Positions 24,846-39,138 of a stretch of 64,000 bases of DNA are shown here, piece by piece. A program made the position numbers and the translations under genes. Location: assembly GCA_002104905.1 (NCBI GenBank), contig MCFE01000144.1:91027-155026 (forward strand), read 5' to 3'. Each line of letters begins with the position of its first letter. Within the stretch, counting starts at the first letter, position 1. The notes beneath the pieces were generated by a model. That model was not told where the DNA came from and ran no database searches. It was given only the letters and a program-made list of their open reading frames with translations. Origin of the DNA: Basidiobolus meristosporus CBS 931.73 (lineage: Eukaryota; Fungi; Basidiobolomycota).

Positions 24846-27800
24846 ATGGCTGACCAGGACGATTTCGTTTCGCCGTTGGAGCTATCTTGGCCAGATTTCA
24901 TCAGGAGTAAACTCTTGGTAGGAATCACCAACTCGAGCGTCAACTCTCGGCTCGAATTGATAGAGCAAGGTCTTATCCCGAAAATCAAACAAAAAGGTAT
25001 GATTCTAATGATTCAATTCTTGATTACACTAGATCAAACTCTAGTTTCGAAAGTGAATTCCGCCCAAAGTCAGATCACCTCCCTTCACCCTCATCAAACT
25101 AATATGCATTTCCATCCAGATTTTCCCGAACAAGCGCTTCCCTCACTCCTCCGTTTGATATTCCTCACGTACCCTCGTTATCAAGATCACGCATCTCGTC
25201 GTGCCATCCTGAAGGTGTTCACAGAGCTGTTCAAATGGAATTCAGAGGCATTGTTGAAAGCAGCCAACATTGCTTTTATGCGCGAAGTAGATGCCGTCAA
25301 TAAGAGATCAGGAGAATTTGGGTTGGTATTTCATGGAGAGCAACATTCACACTTGTGTGCGATTTTACCTTGAATTTACTAACCCTCGCATACCATCTCC
25401 TCTAGTCCTTTCACAACCTCGGAATCTTCTCGTTTCGTAGTTCTTACTTGGGTGAATCATATGATTTCCCTCATCTTGAGCTTGTATGACTCGGATATTG
25501 ATTCCCTCAAACAATCCCCCTACTGGCCTTCCTTCATTAAGCATCAAGCTGTTCTGTACGACGGTCTTCTTGCCAGTAAAAGAAAGGGGATTAGAAAGGG
25601 CGCTATCACTGATGTTCGCAGGGTCATCCGAAAGTATCCCAATTTCATGGAAGAGTACCTCTCCCAAGCTTTAAGCGTATCCGTGACACCAGCACATAGA
25701 ATTGTTGCGTTAGTAGGAACTATCGTTGATGTCTCCTTGAGAGTGTCATCCGTTAAGAGAGATCTAGTTGAGAAGAAAAAAGAGGCTATCGTCAAGCTCT
25801 ACCTTTCGAGCATCTTATCTTCCAAGCAGGCTATACCCTCCTTTGTATCTGGGACTCTTCGGGATTTCTTCTTCAACTTTATTAGCGAGGAAGAGTTCAA
25901 ACAACAACTAGTCCCTACAATGGAAAGAATGCTCCTTCGTTCACCCGAAGTTGCCTTGAACGCCATTTCCGATGTGGTTAATGCATTGAATTTCGACTTG
26001 GGCGAGCTTTTCTCCACCACTTTTGCCAAACCCATAATAAGCTCTTTCCAATCAAGCAACGTGAAAGTTCGTAACGACGCAATTAGCCTCTTCAAACACC
26101 TATCTCAGCGCAGCCACAGCGACAAAAACCTTTCTTCAGTAGCACAAGAAATGATCAAAATGATTACCGGTGGAAAGGTTTCCAATGCCGACCAACGTAG
26201 CACATTCTATCAATGCCTTAGTGGAATGACCACCTCTCCTATCGTTTCCATCGAAATCTTGGACAAATTGGGTCCCCAAGTTGCTAAGGAATCTAACGAA
26301 AATATCGCTGCGGTCTTGATCAGCTCTTTGGGCAACCAGCTTGAAGCCTTAAGTACCTTGCCTAGTGACCAAATCACTCCCGAGGTAAAGAGCAGTGTTG
26401 ATAGCTTCATGAAACTTCTCCTTGCCGGTCTTAAAAGCAACAAGCCAACCATCAAGAAGAGTTGGACATTGGTCTGCGGTAGTGCTGTCTGGAAGAGCAG
26501 GGATCTAGAACAGGCTGTTCTAAGCTCATACGCCCCAGACTTCATGAAACTACTCCTCGATACTGCCAACAAAATCTATCAAAACCCCATTCAATATCCT
26601 AGTGGACCACTTGAGGGATATATCGCTATTTCTGTTGCTGAAAATATCAAACACTGGAATACTGGCAGTTCGGTCCAAGATAGCTTATCGAACTACTTTG
26701 ACATCTCTCCCAAGCCATCATTCTTCCTCATGGATCGAATCTACAACAAGTTAACCACTGAAGAGGAGTGCTTATGGTTGGTCAGAGCAGTGGAAAGTGT
26801 GATACTAGAGGAGAAGAACTTGTCTAGAGAAGTCAAAGACGCTCTAGCCTATATTTTCATCTATGGAGTTACCAGCTTCCCTCACTATGAATCCAGAAAC
26901 GAAGCTTACTCTGCTCTGCAGAGATTATGCCAAGTATGTCCCGTTAAAATCGGGGAAGTAATGTGCCACGGGCTCGAGAAATGGATACTAGACCTTGAGA
27001 AGCAATCTCATGAGCCTACAAGAAAATCTGCCTATCGTCTCTCACGTGTGTTGACAGCAATTACCAGCTTCAAGCCTGATCTTGAAGAGGTTGCCGTGGA
27101 AAACGCTCTCTTGGATTTGGCTTTGATCTCCCACCATCCTTTCGTAGTCTCACCGACAGATAAATACTCATGGTTGACATTGGCTTACAGGGCCAATATC
27201 AATCCTGGCAAGTTGGTGGCTGATAGTTTCAATGCTTTGGAAAAATTGTTCATCGACAGAACCATCAACAACTACTCATCCAAGCTCTTCTACAAGGCAG
27301 CCATATCACTGGCCTCAACACTTACTTTGGTTAATCCCGAAAGATCGATTCCAGAACTGTTGAGAATTTGTGAAGACGACTTGAAGGCTGACATTTTGAA
27401 CGACGTTGACCAAGAGAATGTAGAAATCTGGAAGACACCCGAAGGAGTCTTACATGTTGATGTTCTGAAACGCAGCAAATACGAGGAAAATAAGAATCGT
27501 AAGAATTACGCTACTGACAAGTGGGAAGAAGATCTTCGTAAGGAAATCGCCAAGAAGAGAGGCGAGGATAAGCAAGTCAAGTTGACCAAAGAGGAGCAAG
27601 CTACCGTTGACGCCCAACTAGCTAAAGAGTCTAAGATCAGAAAGCATATTCAAGGTGTATACAACAAACTAGTTCGCGGTCTAGATATCATCGGTGCCAT
27701 GGTTTCCGGAAACAAGGAAGCTCTCGGCGAGCATCTTGTCGACGTCGTCAGACTTTTGCTCGGCGGCATCGTTCAGAAGGGTGGCTTACTTGTTGGAAGT

Positions 27801-30800
27801 AAAGCAGTCGAGACCTACATTAGTGTTGGTGATTGCACCTCCGACAGCCTTCAAGGCATCCGAGAGATTTTGGGATTAGCCACTCTTAGGGCAATCAAGG
27901 TGAAGGAAATCCCCGAATCGTGGTGTGCCGAGCCCTTGTATGATATGGTCATCCGTGTGCTATATCGTTTGCGATTTGCCACCGAAAAGGCTCCTCTCTC
28001 TCCTTCCTCTTTCTCCTACTGCTTCCCCTTGATTCACCAAATCATTCGAGAGAACGGGGTTGGGGCTCCCTCTGAATCGCGAGTTCTCCATCCTGACGAA
28101 GAGAGTCAGTATGACAAGACCCCTGAGCAGGTTGTTATCGCCATCGATATTATTTCATTCCATTGTAAATTCAGCGAGTCGCTTTTGGTGCCCAGAAAAG
28201 AGATGATCGAGTCTTTGCTGCAGGTTATTCGTTGTTACAACAAGTTGAATAGCGTTGCCAAGAAATCACTGGCCGTTTTGTGCGAGTCTATGGGCGATAC
28301 CGCGACCTTGCCTGAAATGTTTACACTCTTGAAGGGACTTCTCTCCGAGAGCCTTTTGGTCAGAACCGCCTGCCTCGAAGCGTTGGATTTCTTGGATCTG
28401 ACCGATATAGATTTCTCCAGCGAATTGTGGGTTGCTTGCCATGAAGACAATGAAGCCAACGCCGATCTTGCCGCTACTTTGTGGGACGAAAATAGCATGG
28501 AAATCCCAGAGAATTATCTCTCTTACCTTCTACCCCTCGTTATCCACCAGAACAAGAACGTAAGGGTTAGCGCTGCCAAGGCACTCGCAGGTGCCATTCA
28601 GTTCCACCCGCAAAGTATATCTGATTCCTTGGTGGACATCTACAACAAGTACAAAGAGCTTGCTACTCCTATCGTGCCCGAGTATGACGAATTTGGTATG
28701 GTGATTCGCTCTTCGTTAGAAAAGGAGGACCCTTGGGCTGGCAGAGTCGGACTTGCGTCCGCGTTGGTCGCCTGCGCTCCCCTTATGCTCCCTGAAAACT
28801 TGGCTCCATTCTTCCACTTCTTGATTCAAGAGGAGGCACTTGGTGATCGTCACGAAAGTGTCCGTCAAAGAATGCTCGATGCCGGGTTGGCAGTTATTTC
28901 TGCACATGGACAGAAGCGAGTTGAAAGCTTGATGCCGTTGTTCGAGTCATACCTTAGTTCTCCTGCCCGCCCTAACGATACACAAGACCGTATTCGTGAA
29001 TCCGTCGTTATTCTATTTGGCTCGTTGGCTGGACATCTTGACGCTTCCAACCCCAAGATTCCTACCGCTGTAGAGAAGCTGATCGAAACTTTGAAAACTC
29101 CCTCCGAGCCGGTCCAAGTTGCGGTTAGCCAGTGCTTGCCACCACTTATCAAGGCCATGAAGCCCAAGGCTCCAAAACTGATCGATCAGCTCTTAAACGA
29201 TTTGTTGAATGCTGAGAAATACGCTGAGAGACGAGGTGCGGCTTATGGCTTGGCTGGTACTATCAAGGGATGCGGAATTGCATTCATCAAGACTTGTGAT
29301 ATCATGACCACCCTCAAGAACGCAATTGCCGAAAAGAAGAATTACAAGCATCGTCAAGGTGCTCTCTTCGCTTTTGAGACATTGTCACTTAACCTTGGCC
29401 GCTTCTTCGAACCCTACATCATCCAGATTATTCCTCTGCTGCTCACATGCTTCAGTGATAACACTGCGGATGTGCGTGAGGCCACTGTCGACGCATCTCG
29501 TGTGATTATGAGCAAGATTAGCGGACATTGTGTTAAGCTTATTCTCCCCTCACTTCTAAAGGCTTTGGAAGACAAGCAATGGCGTACCAAGCAAGGCTCC
29601 GTCCAATTGCTAGGATCTATGGCGTACTGCGCACCCAAGCAATTATCCATTAGCTTGCCTACTATTATTCCTTGCTTGATCGAAGTACTCGCCGATTCCC
29701 ATCAGAATGTACAGAAGTCTGCCAACGAGTCTCTTATGACCTTTGGTGAGGTCATTAGCAACCCTGAGATCCAGGCTTTGGTCCCTATCATTATGGATTC
29801 GCTCTCCGATCCCAACAATAAGACTGAGGCTGGTCTGACTGCTCTATTAGGAACCGCCTTTGTTCATTACATCGATGCCCCTTCGTTGGCCCTTGTCATG
29901 CCTATCTTGCAAAGAGGCTTGAAGGAAAGAAGCACCGAAGTTAAGAAGAAGGGCGCTCGTATCGTTGGTAATATGTGCTCTCTCACCGACAAGAAGGATC
30001 TCGTCCCATACTTGCCTTCTCTTCTTCCTAGCTTGAAGGAGGTTCTAGCTGACCCAGTGCCTGATGCTCGTGCAACTGCTGCAAAGGCCTTGGGTACAAT
30101 GGTGGAGAAGCTCGGTGAACAGAACTTCCCTGAACTTGTTAACGGACTTATCTACACACTCAAGACAGACTCGAGCGGTGTTGATAGAGAAGGTGCGGCC
30201 CAAGGTCTTTCTGAGATCTTGGCCGGATTGGGTATCGATCGCATGGAGACTATGTTGCCTGAGATCATCGAATACACCACAAGTCCCAAATCCTATGTTC
30301 GTGAAGGCTTCGTTACACTGCTCATTTACTTGCCTGCCACCTTCGGAGAACAATTCACACCTTATCTTGGCCGCACCATTCCTCCTATTCTTAAGGGTCT
30401 GGCCGATGACTCGGAGTACGTTAGAGATGCCTCTCTTCGTGCCGGTCAAATTATCGTCACCAACTATGCAACCAAGGCAGTTGACTTACTGTTGCCCGAA
30501 CTTGAGAAGGGATTGTTCGACGAGAACTGGCGTATTAGACACAGTTCCGTTCAACTCATCGGAGAACTCCTCTACAAGATTACCGGTATCTCGGCTAACA
30601 CCGATGAAGAAACCGGAGAGGAAACCGAAGAAACCGCAGTCAATGAGTCTACCCGCAAGGTTCTTCTTGAAACTCTTGGTAAAGATAGACGTGACCGTGT
30701 GCTTGCTTCTCTGTTCATTGTTAGAAATGATGTATCTGGAGTTGTTCGTCAAGCGACTGTTTCCGTTTGGAAATCAATTGTTAGCAACACTCCTCGTACG

Positions 30801-33032
30801 CTCAAGGAGATTCTCTATGTTGTCATGGATATCATCATCAACAACCTTGCCAGCCCTGTATTCGATAAGCGCCAGGTTGCTGCTCGTACGTTAGGTGATA
30901 TGGTTCGCAAGCTTGGTGAAAGTATCCTCTCCGAGATCATTCCCATTCTGGAGAAGGGTCTTGATGCTGAAGAAAGTGGAACTAGACAAGGTGTATGCAT
31001 TGGTCTTGGTGAGATCATGGCCACCGCCGGAAAGGTTCATATCATTGATTACATTGAAGCACTTATTCCATCAGTTCGTAAAGCTCTTCTGGATCCCTCC
31101 CCCGAAGTACGTGAAGCAGCTGCTCAGGCCTTTGATAACCTTCATCAACACGTTGGTTCTAGAGCCATCGATGACATTCTTCCTCATCTTCTTAATGAGC
31201 TCAAGAGCGGCAACAACGAAAACGCATTGGAGGCCCTCAAGGAAATCATGTCTGTACGCGCCAATGTTGTTTTCCCAGTTCTTATCCCAACCTTGATCAC
31301 GGTGCCCATCTCTTCTTTCAACGCTCGTGCCTTGGGCTCCCTGATCTCTGTGTCTGGCTCGGCCCTCAGCAAGCGATTCAGCCAACTGTTGACTGCGTTG
31401 ATGGACTCGCTCTCGCAAGAAGACCAAGAGGCTGTTGTCGAATGCCGCGAAACCATCAAGATTCTTATTTCCTCAGTTGATGATATCGAAGGCTTGCACA
31501 ATTTGATGATGATGCTGTTCGAGATCGTCAAGAGCAATGACGCCTCTCAGCGTTCTAGCGCTTGTGAGATTCTCGCCGTCTTCTGCGCCGCCAACAAGGT
31601 GGATATGTTCCGTTACGTCCACGATTGGTTCCGTACTTTGATTGCTTTGTTGAATGATAAGCATGTTATGCAATCCGCTTGGAAGGCCCTTGATAGTATC
31701 ACCAAATCCATGAAGAAGGAGGATCTTGATCAATACGTTGTTCCAGTCCGTCGTGCCCTTAAGGGAACCACTGATCGTCTGTATGCAGGCCAAACACTTC
31801 CTGGTTTCTGCTTGACCAAGGGTATTGGGCCATTGCTTCCTATTTTCTTGCAAGGGTTGATGTATGGTAGCCCAGAAACCCGCGAACAAGCCGCTCTTGG
31901 TATCGGAGACTTGGTCCAATGGACTTCTTCTGACGCCCTCAAACCGTTCGTCACGCAAATCACCGGTCCATTGATTCGTATCATCGGTGATCGCTTCCCT
32001 CCACAGGTGAAGGCCGCTATTCTGCAAACTTTGGGAGACTTGCTCAACAAAGTATCCATCATGCTTAAGCCATTCTTGCCTCAGCTTCAAAGAACTTTCA
32101 TCAAGTGCCTCTCTGATCCCACACCAGTTGTACGTGAGCGTGCCGCAGTGGCTCTGGGAGTTTTGATCACCTTGCAGTCACGTGTTGACCCGTTGGTCGT
32201 GGAATTGAATGCTGGTATCAAGGCCAATGAAGGAGGTATTCGGGAAACCATGTTGAAGGCTCTTGAGCAAGTCATCTTCCACGCAGCTGGTAACTTGTCG
32301 GACGCTAGCAAGCAGATTGTGGAGAAAACCGCACTCGAGGGACTGTCTGATCCTAGCGAGATGGTTCGCGAGACTTCCTCGAAGTGTCTTGGCAGTTTGT
32401 GCAAGACTCTGCCCAGCGACCAGGCCCGCCCCATCATTTCCAACATCCTGAGCGAAGCCAAGGGTGGCGCCATGGGCCCTGTATTGGGAATCAAGGCGAT
32501 CCTTGAGGACAGTCCGGTTGCGTTTGAGAATCTGGGCTTGACCGAGGAGCTGGTAGAGGTGGTCGCCCAAAGCATTGAAAACCCCCATATGACAGAGGTG
32601 GGTATTTTGGCCGCAGATGCCATCTTATCCGGAAATGCCTGCGGCCCTGAGGAGAGCAAGAAGAAGATCATCGATGCACTCATGACCGTCCTCGGAGGCA
32701 AATCGACCGAATGCAAGCGTCTTACGTTGCGCGCAATCAAGAACGTTGCCAAGCGCAACAATGAGGTCATCAGCCCATATATTGACCAGATTGTTCCAAC
32801 CATCATGGCGTGTGTCAAGGAGCGTAGCATCCCCGTGAAACTTGCTGGGGAACGAGCCATGTTGTATCTTTTCCAGCTACCTGAAACCGACAGTCTTATC
32901 CAAACCTACATCGAAGCCCAGGAGCCAGGCCTGAAGAAGACAGTTAGTGATTATTATCGTCGTGTACTTGTCAAGCTAGCAGACACTGTGCGTCAGCCAG
33001 AGTATATTAGTGATGAGGAAGACCAGTATTAA
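24846..33032 (+). CDS. GCN1: GCN1 translational activator (HEAT-repeat activator of Gcn2), ~2670 aa, two 5' introns
   Basis: 2526-aa terminal exon with ERRGAAYGLAG, WRTKQGSVQLLGSMAYCAPKQLS, ENWRIRHSSVQLIGELL, KPFVTQITGPLIRIIGDRF and PFLPQLQRTF. Confidence 0.97.
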
Positions 33033-33538
33033 CCCCCCCCCCTTCATCCTCATCCTCATCCTCTTCCCCTTGAAGTGAATGTGCCTTCTTCACCCTCCCC
33101 AAAACCGAAATCCATACCCGTTGACTTGACAAAATTCTAATATACATGAAGTATTACGACATACATCCAGTTCCGATGAATTCTTGTTTGTTGGTGGTGG
33201 ACCCGTCACCTGACCCGGATTATTCCTATGTACTACGGCTATTAGTCTGGAGAGTGTGATCACCGCAATACGACAGTGGACCCTGTGTTTGTTTGCTGGG
33301 TTGCCCATTTCGCATGAAACACACCACCGCATCAAACCATCGGCATGTTTGACGGGTTTGAAATTGATTTATTATTGGAATATATAGGGAGTTCACATCG
33401 AGCGTTCTCAGCAGAGAAAGGAAAAATTTTCCTGCCTGCCAGATCGATTCTTGAAAAATTGGTCAATTATCAGCTTGGATCACTTCGATAGCCACCACCT
33501 ACGCTTCCTTCACGTCCACCTCCACGTCCACGTTACAC

Positions 33539-35038
33539 ATGCTTCAAGAGAAAGAGGGGAAATTCACCGCTTCGAAAACAGAGTCGGTCAAGCCCCAAGC
33601 CAAACCGTTGTCGACTGTCGAAAGCACCAGCCAACAGGCGTGGCTACACTTCGTCGCTGGAGGGTAAGGAGTTTCTTGAGGGGACGGTCGGTAGCCAGTG
33701 ATTAATCGGACTATTTAGTGTTGGAGGGATGATAGGCTCCTCCCTGACGTGTCCTTTGGATGTGGTGAAGACGAGACTTCAGGTACTGCCAACTCGACCG
33801 AGATTGATCCCTCACGACCCTGCGTGTTAACCTTCCCCCCAGTCTTCCCTGTATAAGCCAACCCCCACTTTCTACTCGCACGCCCACCGCACGGTTTTCT
33901 CCACCGTCAGCACCCACGTCGTGGAGACCATCGGGATATTGAAGTACGCTTGGATTTGTCGTTGATCAGTGTTCGGGTACGGGGATAATAACGGTTACTT
34001 TCTTGCACCAGAACCATTCACCATCAGGAAGGTGTCCGTGGACTGTTCAAGGGACTGGGCCCCATCCTGGTGGGCGTGGTCCCTGCCAGAGCCATCTACT
34101 TCGCCGCCTACGGAAGCGGCAAACGCTTCTTGTCGGACCTGAACGGAGGAAAGGAGACTTCCTTGGTTCACCTTAGTGCAGCAGCCAGTGCCGGTAAAGA
34201 CAAGCCTTCGCAACTCTGGTGTGTTGCAAAGCGCCCTCTAAAATTGTTTTCTCGTATGAAGGGATCATCACCGCGACCGCCACCAGCCCCATTTGGTTGG
34301 TCAAGACTCGTATCCAGCTTCAAGCAATGGAGCCCTCCGCCATCCGCTACAAGAACAGTCTCGATTGCGCTTATCAGGTAGTCAAGACCGAGGGAGTGCT
34401 GGGACTGTATAGAGGAGTTAGTGCTTCCTACTTAGGTTTGTGCAGGATTGTTTGACCCACATAGTCCAGGCCAACCGCTAACGATCCGTTCCAGGTGTTA
34501 CGGAGGGGACCCTCCAGTGGGTCGTCTACGAAAAACTCAAGTCCATGATTCACCGCCGTCGTCGTGCGGAGAACGATGAAGGGGTCAGCACAGAGAACAA
34601 GTCATTCGGAGGTAAGTTGTGCTGGAGATGGCTTGCAGGCGTGCCGACGATGGTTAACCTTACTTGCGTACAGACTGGATGGAGTACTTTGCCGCTGCAG
34701 GAACTGCCAAGCTTTTCGCAGCAGTGGTGACTTATCCTCACGAGGTAATTTGGATGGTCACCTTGAGCTCCCTCCGCATCCCCCTCACATTTTCCCCCTT
34801 CCCATAGGTTGTGCGTACCAGATTGAGACAAACGCCTTCGGTCGACGGAGTCCACAAATACACCGGGCTCACCCAGTGCTTCAAGCTGATCTTGAAGGAA
34901 GAGGGTGTGGCCGCTCTTTACGGCGGTATGACGGCGCATGTGATGCGCGCAGTTCCCAACGCAGCGATCATGTTCTTCTGTTACGAAGCAATTATACATA
35001 CTTTCGGTCAGCAGCAGCAGCGCAACGCCAACGCCTAG
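33539..35038 (+). CDS. RIM2: Mitochondrial pyrimidine nucleotide carrier (Rim2/SLC25A33-36), multi-exon
   Basis: WLHFVAG, TCPLDVVKTRLQ, GVVPARAIYFAAY, TSPIWLVKTRIQLQ, GLYRGVSASYLG, YPHEVVRTRLRQ, RAVPNAAIMFFCYE. Confidence 0.92.
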
Positions 35039-35489
35039 ATTGGCTAGCCCTTAGAATAGACCGCAACCTAATATCTAGCTCGCCACCTTATTCCGCATAG
35101 AGTTCCTCCTACATAGATGTGGCCACTTGTCTATGCATTGCAATATTCCCATATTTTAATCGTCCCTGTATAAACCGAACCATCAATTTCTGAGCAAATA
35201 AACCGTAGCCGTGACCGACCTGCACTGGTTGGGTGGTGGCCAATCAACGCGCCCCACCCGCCAATCGCATCTTCTGGCTTTAAGCGGGATCGAGATTTCC
35301 ACATTGTGGCATGAATATCCTATCGAGATTTAAGCCAAACGTCAACCACCCTTTGCCCCCTATTTTTTTTCCACCCAATTTCCGCTCGCAGGTGGAGAAT
35401 CGTGCGCAGCACCCTGCTTTACCGGTTGTTCTTCTAGCGTCCACCTTTTTGCCCACCTCCCCACTCACCCCTCACCACCCGAATAGACC

Positions 35490-36013
35490 ATGCTTCCCGC
35501 CAAGCAGAACAAGATTGACCTGAGCGTAAGTGTTCCTTCCTCCCAAACCCATGTTGCCCAGATGATGCGTGGGAAGCCAGCGTGCTTCTTGGCTATGGGC
35601 CTCTTATGCGACCGATACTAATCCCCAACTTGGGCCGGCAGAAATTGACGGAGGAGGAGAAGAAAATCTTCAAGATGTACGGCCGCTTGCCGAGTGGTAA
35701 GGATCTGGTCAACCACCGTCTTAAGGTAAGAAAGTTCGGCCCACCTTCCTCCAGATGACCACCCGTTTGACTCCCAACTCCCACAAAGGACAGGAAATAC
35801 TTCGACTCGGGCGACTACGCCCTCCAGAAAGCCGGCAAGACCACAGCCGCCGAGGTTGGTTCGCAACATCCCAGCCCCGAGAAGATCCCGCATCCTCAAA
35901 GCCCACCCACCTCCCCCTCGGCAAGCCTTCAAAACTCCCCCCACAAGGAGACAACCCTCTCGCAGCTCGCCAAGGAGGCCACCGAAGGTGTCCCACCTTC
36001 GTTCAATCTGTAA
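35490..36013 (+). CDS. IGO1: Endosulfine (Igo1/ENSA/ARPP19), 3 exons
   Basis: Spliced MLPAKQNKIDLS/KLTEEEKKIFKMYGRLP../RKYFDSGDYALQKAG, containing the Greatwall/Rim15 site FDSGDY. Confidence 0.92.
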
Positions 36014-36491
36014 ACCTTGGGCCGTTTCTTATTCCATCCCTCACCTCTCCCCACCCCCCACACTTCCAAAATAGAACTTCCCCCTCGTACAAGTGAATTT
36101 AGTTCATGGATCAAGAATTGCCACCACCCAAACCCCCTCCCTCTCCCCCTACCGGCGAGTTCGATATCCGTCTCGTTCTCAAGGCCCTTGGCTCACCAAC
36201 CCCCCCATCTATCCTATCCCCTCGTCAAGCACCCATTATTAACGTAACATAGTATCGCATCCATCCCACCCGCTGCACGCCACTCTCACCACCTCTTCAC
36301 TATGCAGGTTATCCCAATCTTTATTTTTATGTCTCCATTTGACGAGCTTCCTCCTCCCATTTCCGGTGCGTTATGAATATTAAATCCTTGAAAAAACCAC
36401 GTTTTTAATCTATGTCCCGGTGGGTTATTTTTACATGTCTCGGAGCGATTGCAAAGCGTATGCGCTAGGGCGGGGTTTCGGTGAGGGTAGG

Positions 36492-38402
36492 TCATTTGGA
36501 GCCTTTGCCCTTCCCCACCTCCTCCATCATGTCATCCGACACCACCTCATCGTCGTTGCTGCCAGCGTCCGAGCCGGCATAGTTTTCGTTGTACTCCTCC
36601 TCGATGTCCGAGTCGCTTTCTTCGGCAATGAAATCCTCATCCGGGCTCTCTTCGTCCTCCTCCCCGGGCGCGCCAGGGGAGCTTACCCGAGCACGTTTAC
36701 GCCCACCGCTGGTGTCCTCGTCATCGCTGTCGGAAAGGTCCAGCCCGGCGTAGCTGGTGAGTGCTTCGTCACCAAGCTCGCTCTTGGTTTTGATCTTCTT
36801 GGATTTCAGGAACTCCTCGAGACTGGCGTACTCCTCTCGGTTGATGCTGGAGAACTGGTAGTCCGCGCCGCTCTTCATGTTGAACTTGATGTCGAAGGTA
36901 CGAACCGAGGACGAAGCGGCGCTGCCAACACTGAGGGATAGACGAAGAGCGAGGTTAGTGTGAGGTAGGTGGGGTGCAGCGTGTGTGGACGCAGAACGTA
37001 CCGTGAGAAGGTTACACTACCAACTTCGGAGTGGGGGATGAATGTGGGTGGCTTGGGAATGAACATGAAGCATTTCTCGAGTGGATACAAGAATCCTTCG
37101 TTTGCCTTCATGGAGGCCTTGACTGCGGACATGCCATGGTGACTACGGTATTGTCCGGGAACGGTGACCTTTCTGCCCGTCAAGACTCGGAAGATGGTAC
37201 TGATAACCTCGTATGTAGGAGCCTCGTATTTCTTGCTCAATTTCCCTTCATATTTCTCTTCTATGGTCTCATCATCCAGGTTCAACAGCACATCGATCTC
37301 CTCATCTCTAACAAACTGGGTTACCAGGAAGGGGTATCTGGTTTGTCCCTGTCTGATAGGTGGGTCCAATCCGATCACAAACATAACATGGACATCGTCC
37401 GGCTTGGGTAACAGGAATAGCTTGATGATGTTGTTGTAGACGATCTTGTAGTCGTAGGTTTTTCCGCGAAGGCGCAGGAAGGTAGGGAACATATCCATAT
37501 CGTAACGACCACGGGGAGTAAGACAGAGGATTTCCTGGAACAGCACAATACTCTCCCCAGTGACTTGTCCCAGATCGGCCTTGGCCTTGACCGTCTCGTA
37601 AAACACTGCGACGGCGTTCTTGACCTCTTCCTCGTCCTCCTTCTCTCCCTCTGTACCATCCTCCTTCTCCTCGTCAGGGTTGGCCGCGGTGGTGCCTGGA
37701 ATGTAGAACCTCATCTCGACCAATTCATCCCCTGAAAACCCCTTCTTCTTGCTTCCGAATCTGTCGCTTTGTTCGGGTGACATGAACTCCAAACTGACCT
37801 CATTCTTACCCGCCAGATTTGTATTGGCGACCTCGCTCATGGGCACCTCAAACATGGGTTTGTTTTGAACGTTAAAGGTCAAGTGGTTGCCTAGTGAGGA
37901 ACCTTGCTTAGCTGGGGAACTTGAAAAAGGCGCAGATACATAAACATCGTACACCCGTGGAGAAATAAGTGCGACGTCTAGAATTACCTTCGAACTCTGT
38001 CTTTCCCCAATTCCATCCCTTCAAACTCAACTCCTTCATCTCAAGCGGGATCTTGAACAAACTTTTGGACACCTCTTTGAGGGTTTCGAAATCCTAAGGA
38101 GAAAAGGTGGCCGGTCAGCCTCGGCCATGACAGGTCGTACGGCGGCAAGGGATGGGGTGGCAACTTACGTTTCGGTGGAAACCGTCGAACTTCACTGTCG
38201 CATCGTTTCTCAACTTAATCCTAAGCTCGTAATCTCTGGCCGCGCGCAACCAATACAACTTGCGAATCTCGGCAACTGGAATGGTGAAAATCTTCTCCCC
38301 CACTGTGGCTTTCCAACCGATACCGCTGTCCACCAGGCGTAGACGACCGGGGACAGGTTGAAGCCCAAGGTAAATGTTGTCGAACTGAGTTTTCCCTGAC
38401 AT
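36492..38402 (-). CDS. POB3: FACT subunit Pob3/SSRP1 (no HMG box), multi-exon
   Basis: TQFDNIYL, LTPRGRYDMDM, LRLRGKTYDYKI, LDPPIRQGQTRYPF, KANEGFLYPLE; acidic tail. Confidence 0.96.
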
Positions 38403-39138
38403 GCTTTCGTGGGGAAACCTAGGCACGGGTGTACTTGGCGAACGGTGGTAAGATAAATATTACGGCAGGTGAACGTGACGATGTACAATCACAAATCGAT
38501 TGGGAAAAAAAGGAGGAAACACCGGAGTTCTCAATGGAAAATAGAAAAATCAAACAAAAACAATGGCATGGCTACGGTCACGGTCCCTCCCAGAGATTCA
38601 ATGTGTTTCTCACTCTATATCCCTCTGGTATTGTCAACATCAACAGCCATGTTTCACTCACAACAGCCCAGTGGCCAATTGGAAGGTGTCATCTCCTCAC
38701 CCACGCATACACACACCAGCACATACATATCTGCCGTGGACTGATCGAACGGTCATGGTGGGTAATATATATGGAAGTTTATATAGATACGCTGGTGTCC
38801 GTTGAAGGAGAAGCGAACGAGATGTCAACAAAAGACGGAATAATATGTAAAAGAAAGCCAACAATCAGGTAAAACCAAAATTTATCCTTCTCTTCTACCC
38901 TCTTTGATGTGAAGTTGACTCGCCCCAACCCTCGCCGATACCCTCATTACATCACCTCAATACTATGGTAGAAGAAATTAGATTACCCTACTCTATGTTC
39001 ACGGTTGGTTATGCAGGAAATACTCTTGTGAAATGAACTTGAAATAATCACGAACGGTCTGGCGGCCCTGGGGCGACGTCCTACTATAAAAGCTGATCAA
39101 AATCAAACCACAAGACAACTCGGAGAGCCAGCTACTAT

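Noticed and set aside
25486-32860. Many long antisense or alternate-frame ORFs over GCN1, RIM2, POB3 and DUF2235
   Set aside because: Shadows of codon bias in real genes; no motifs and mostly non-ATG starts.
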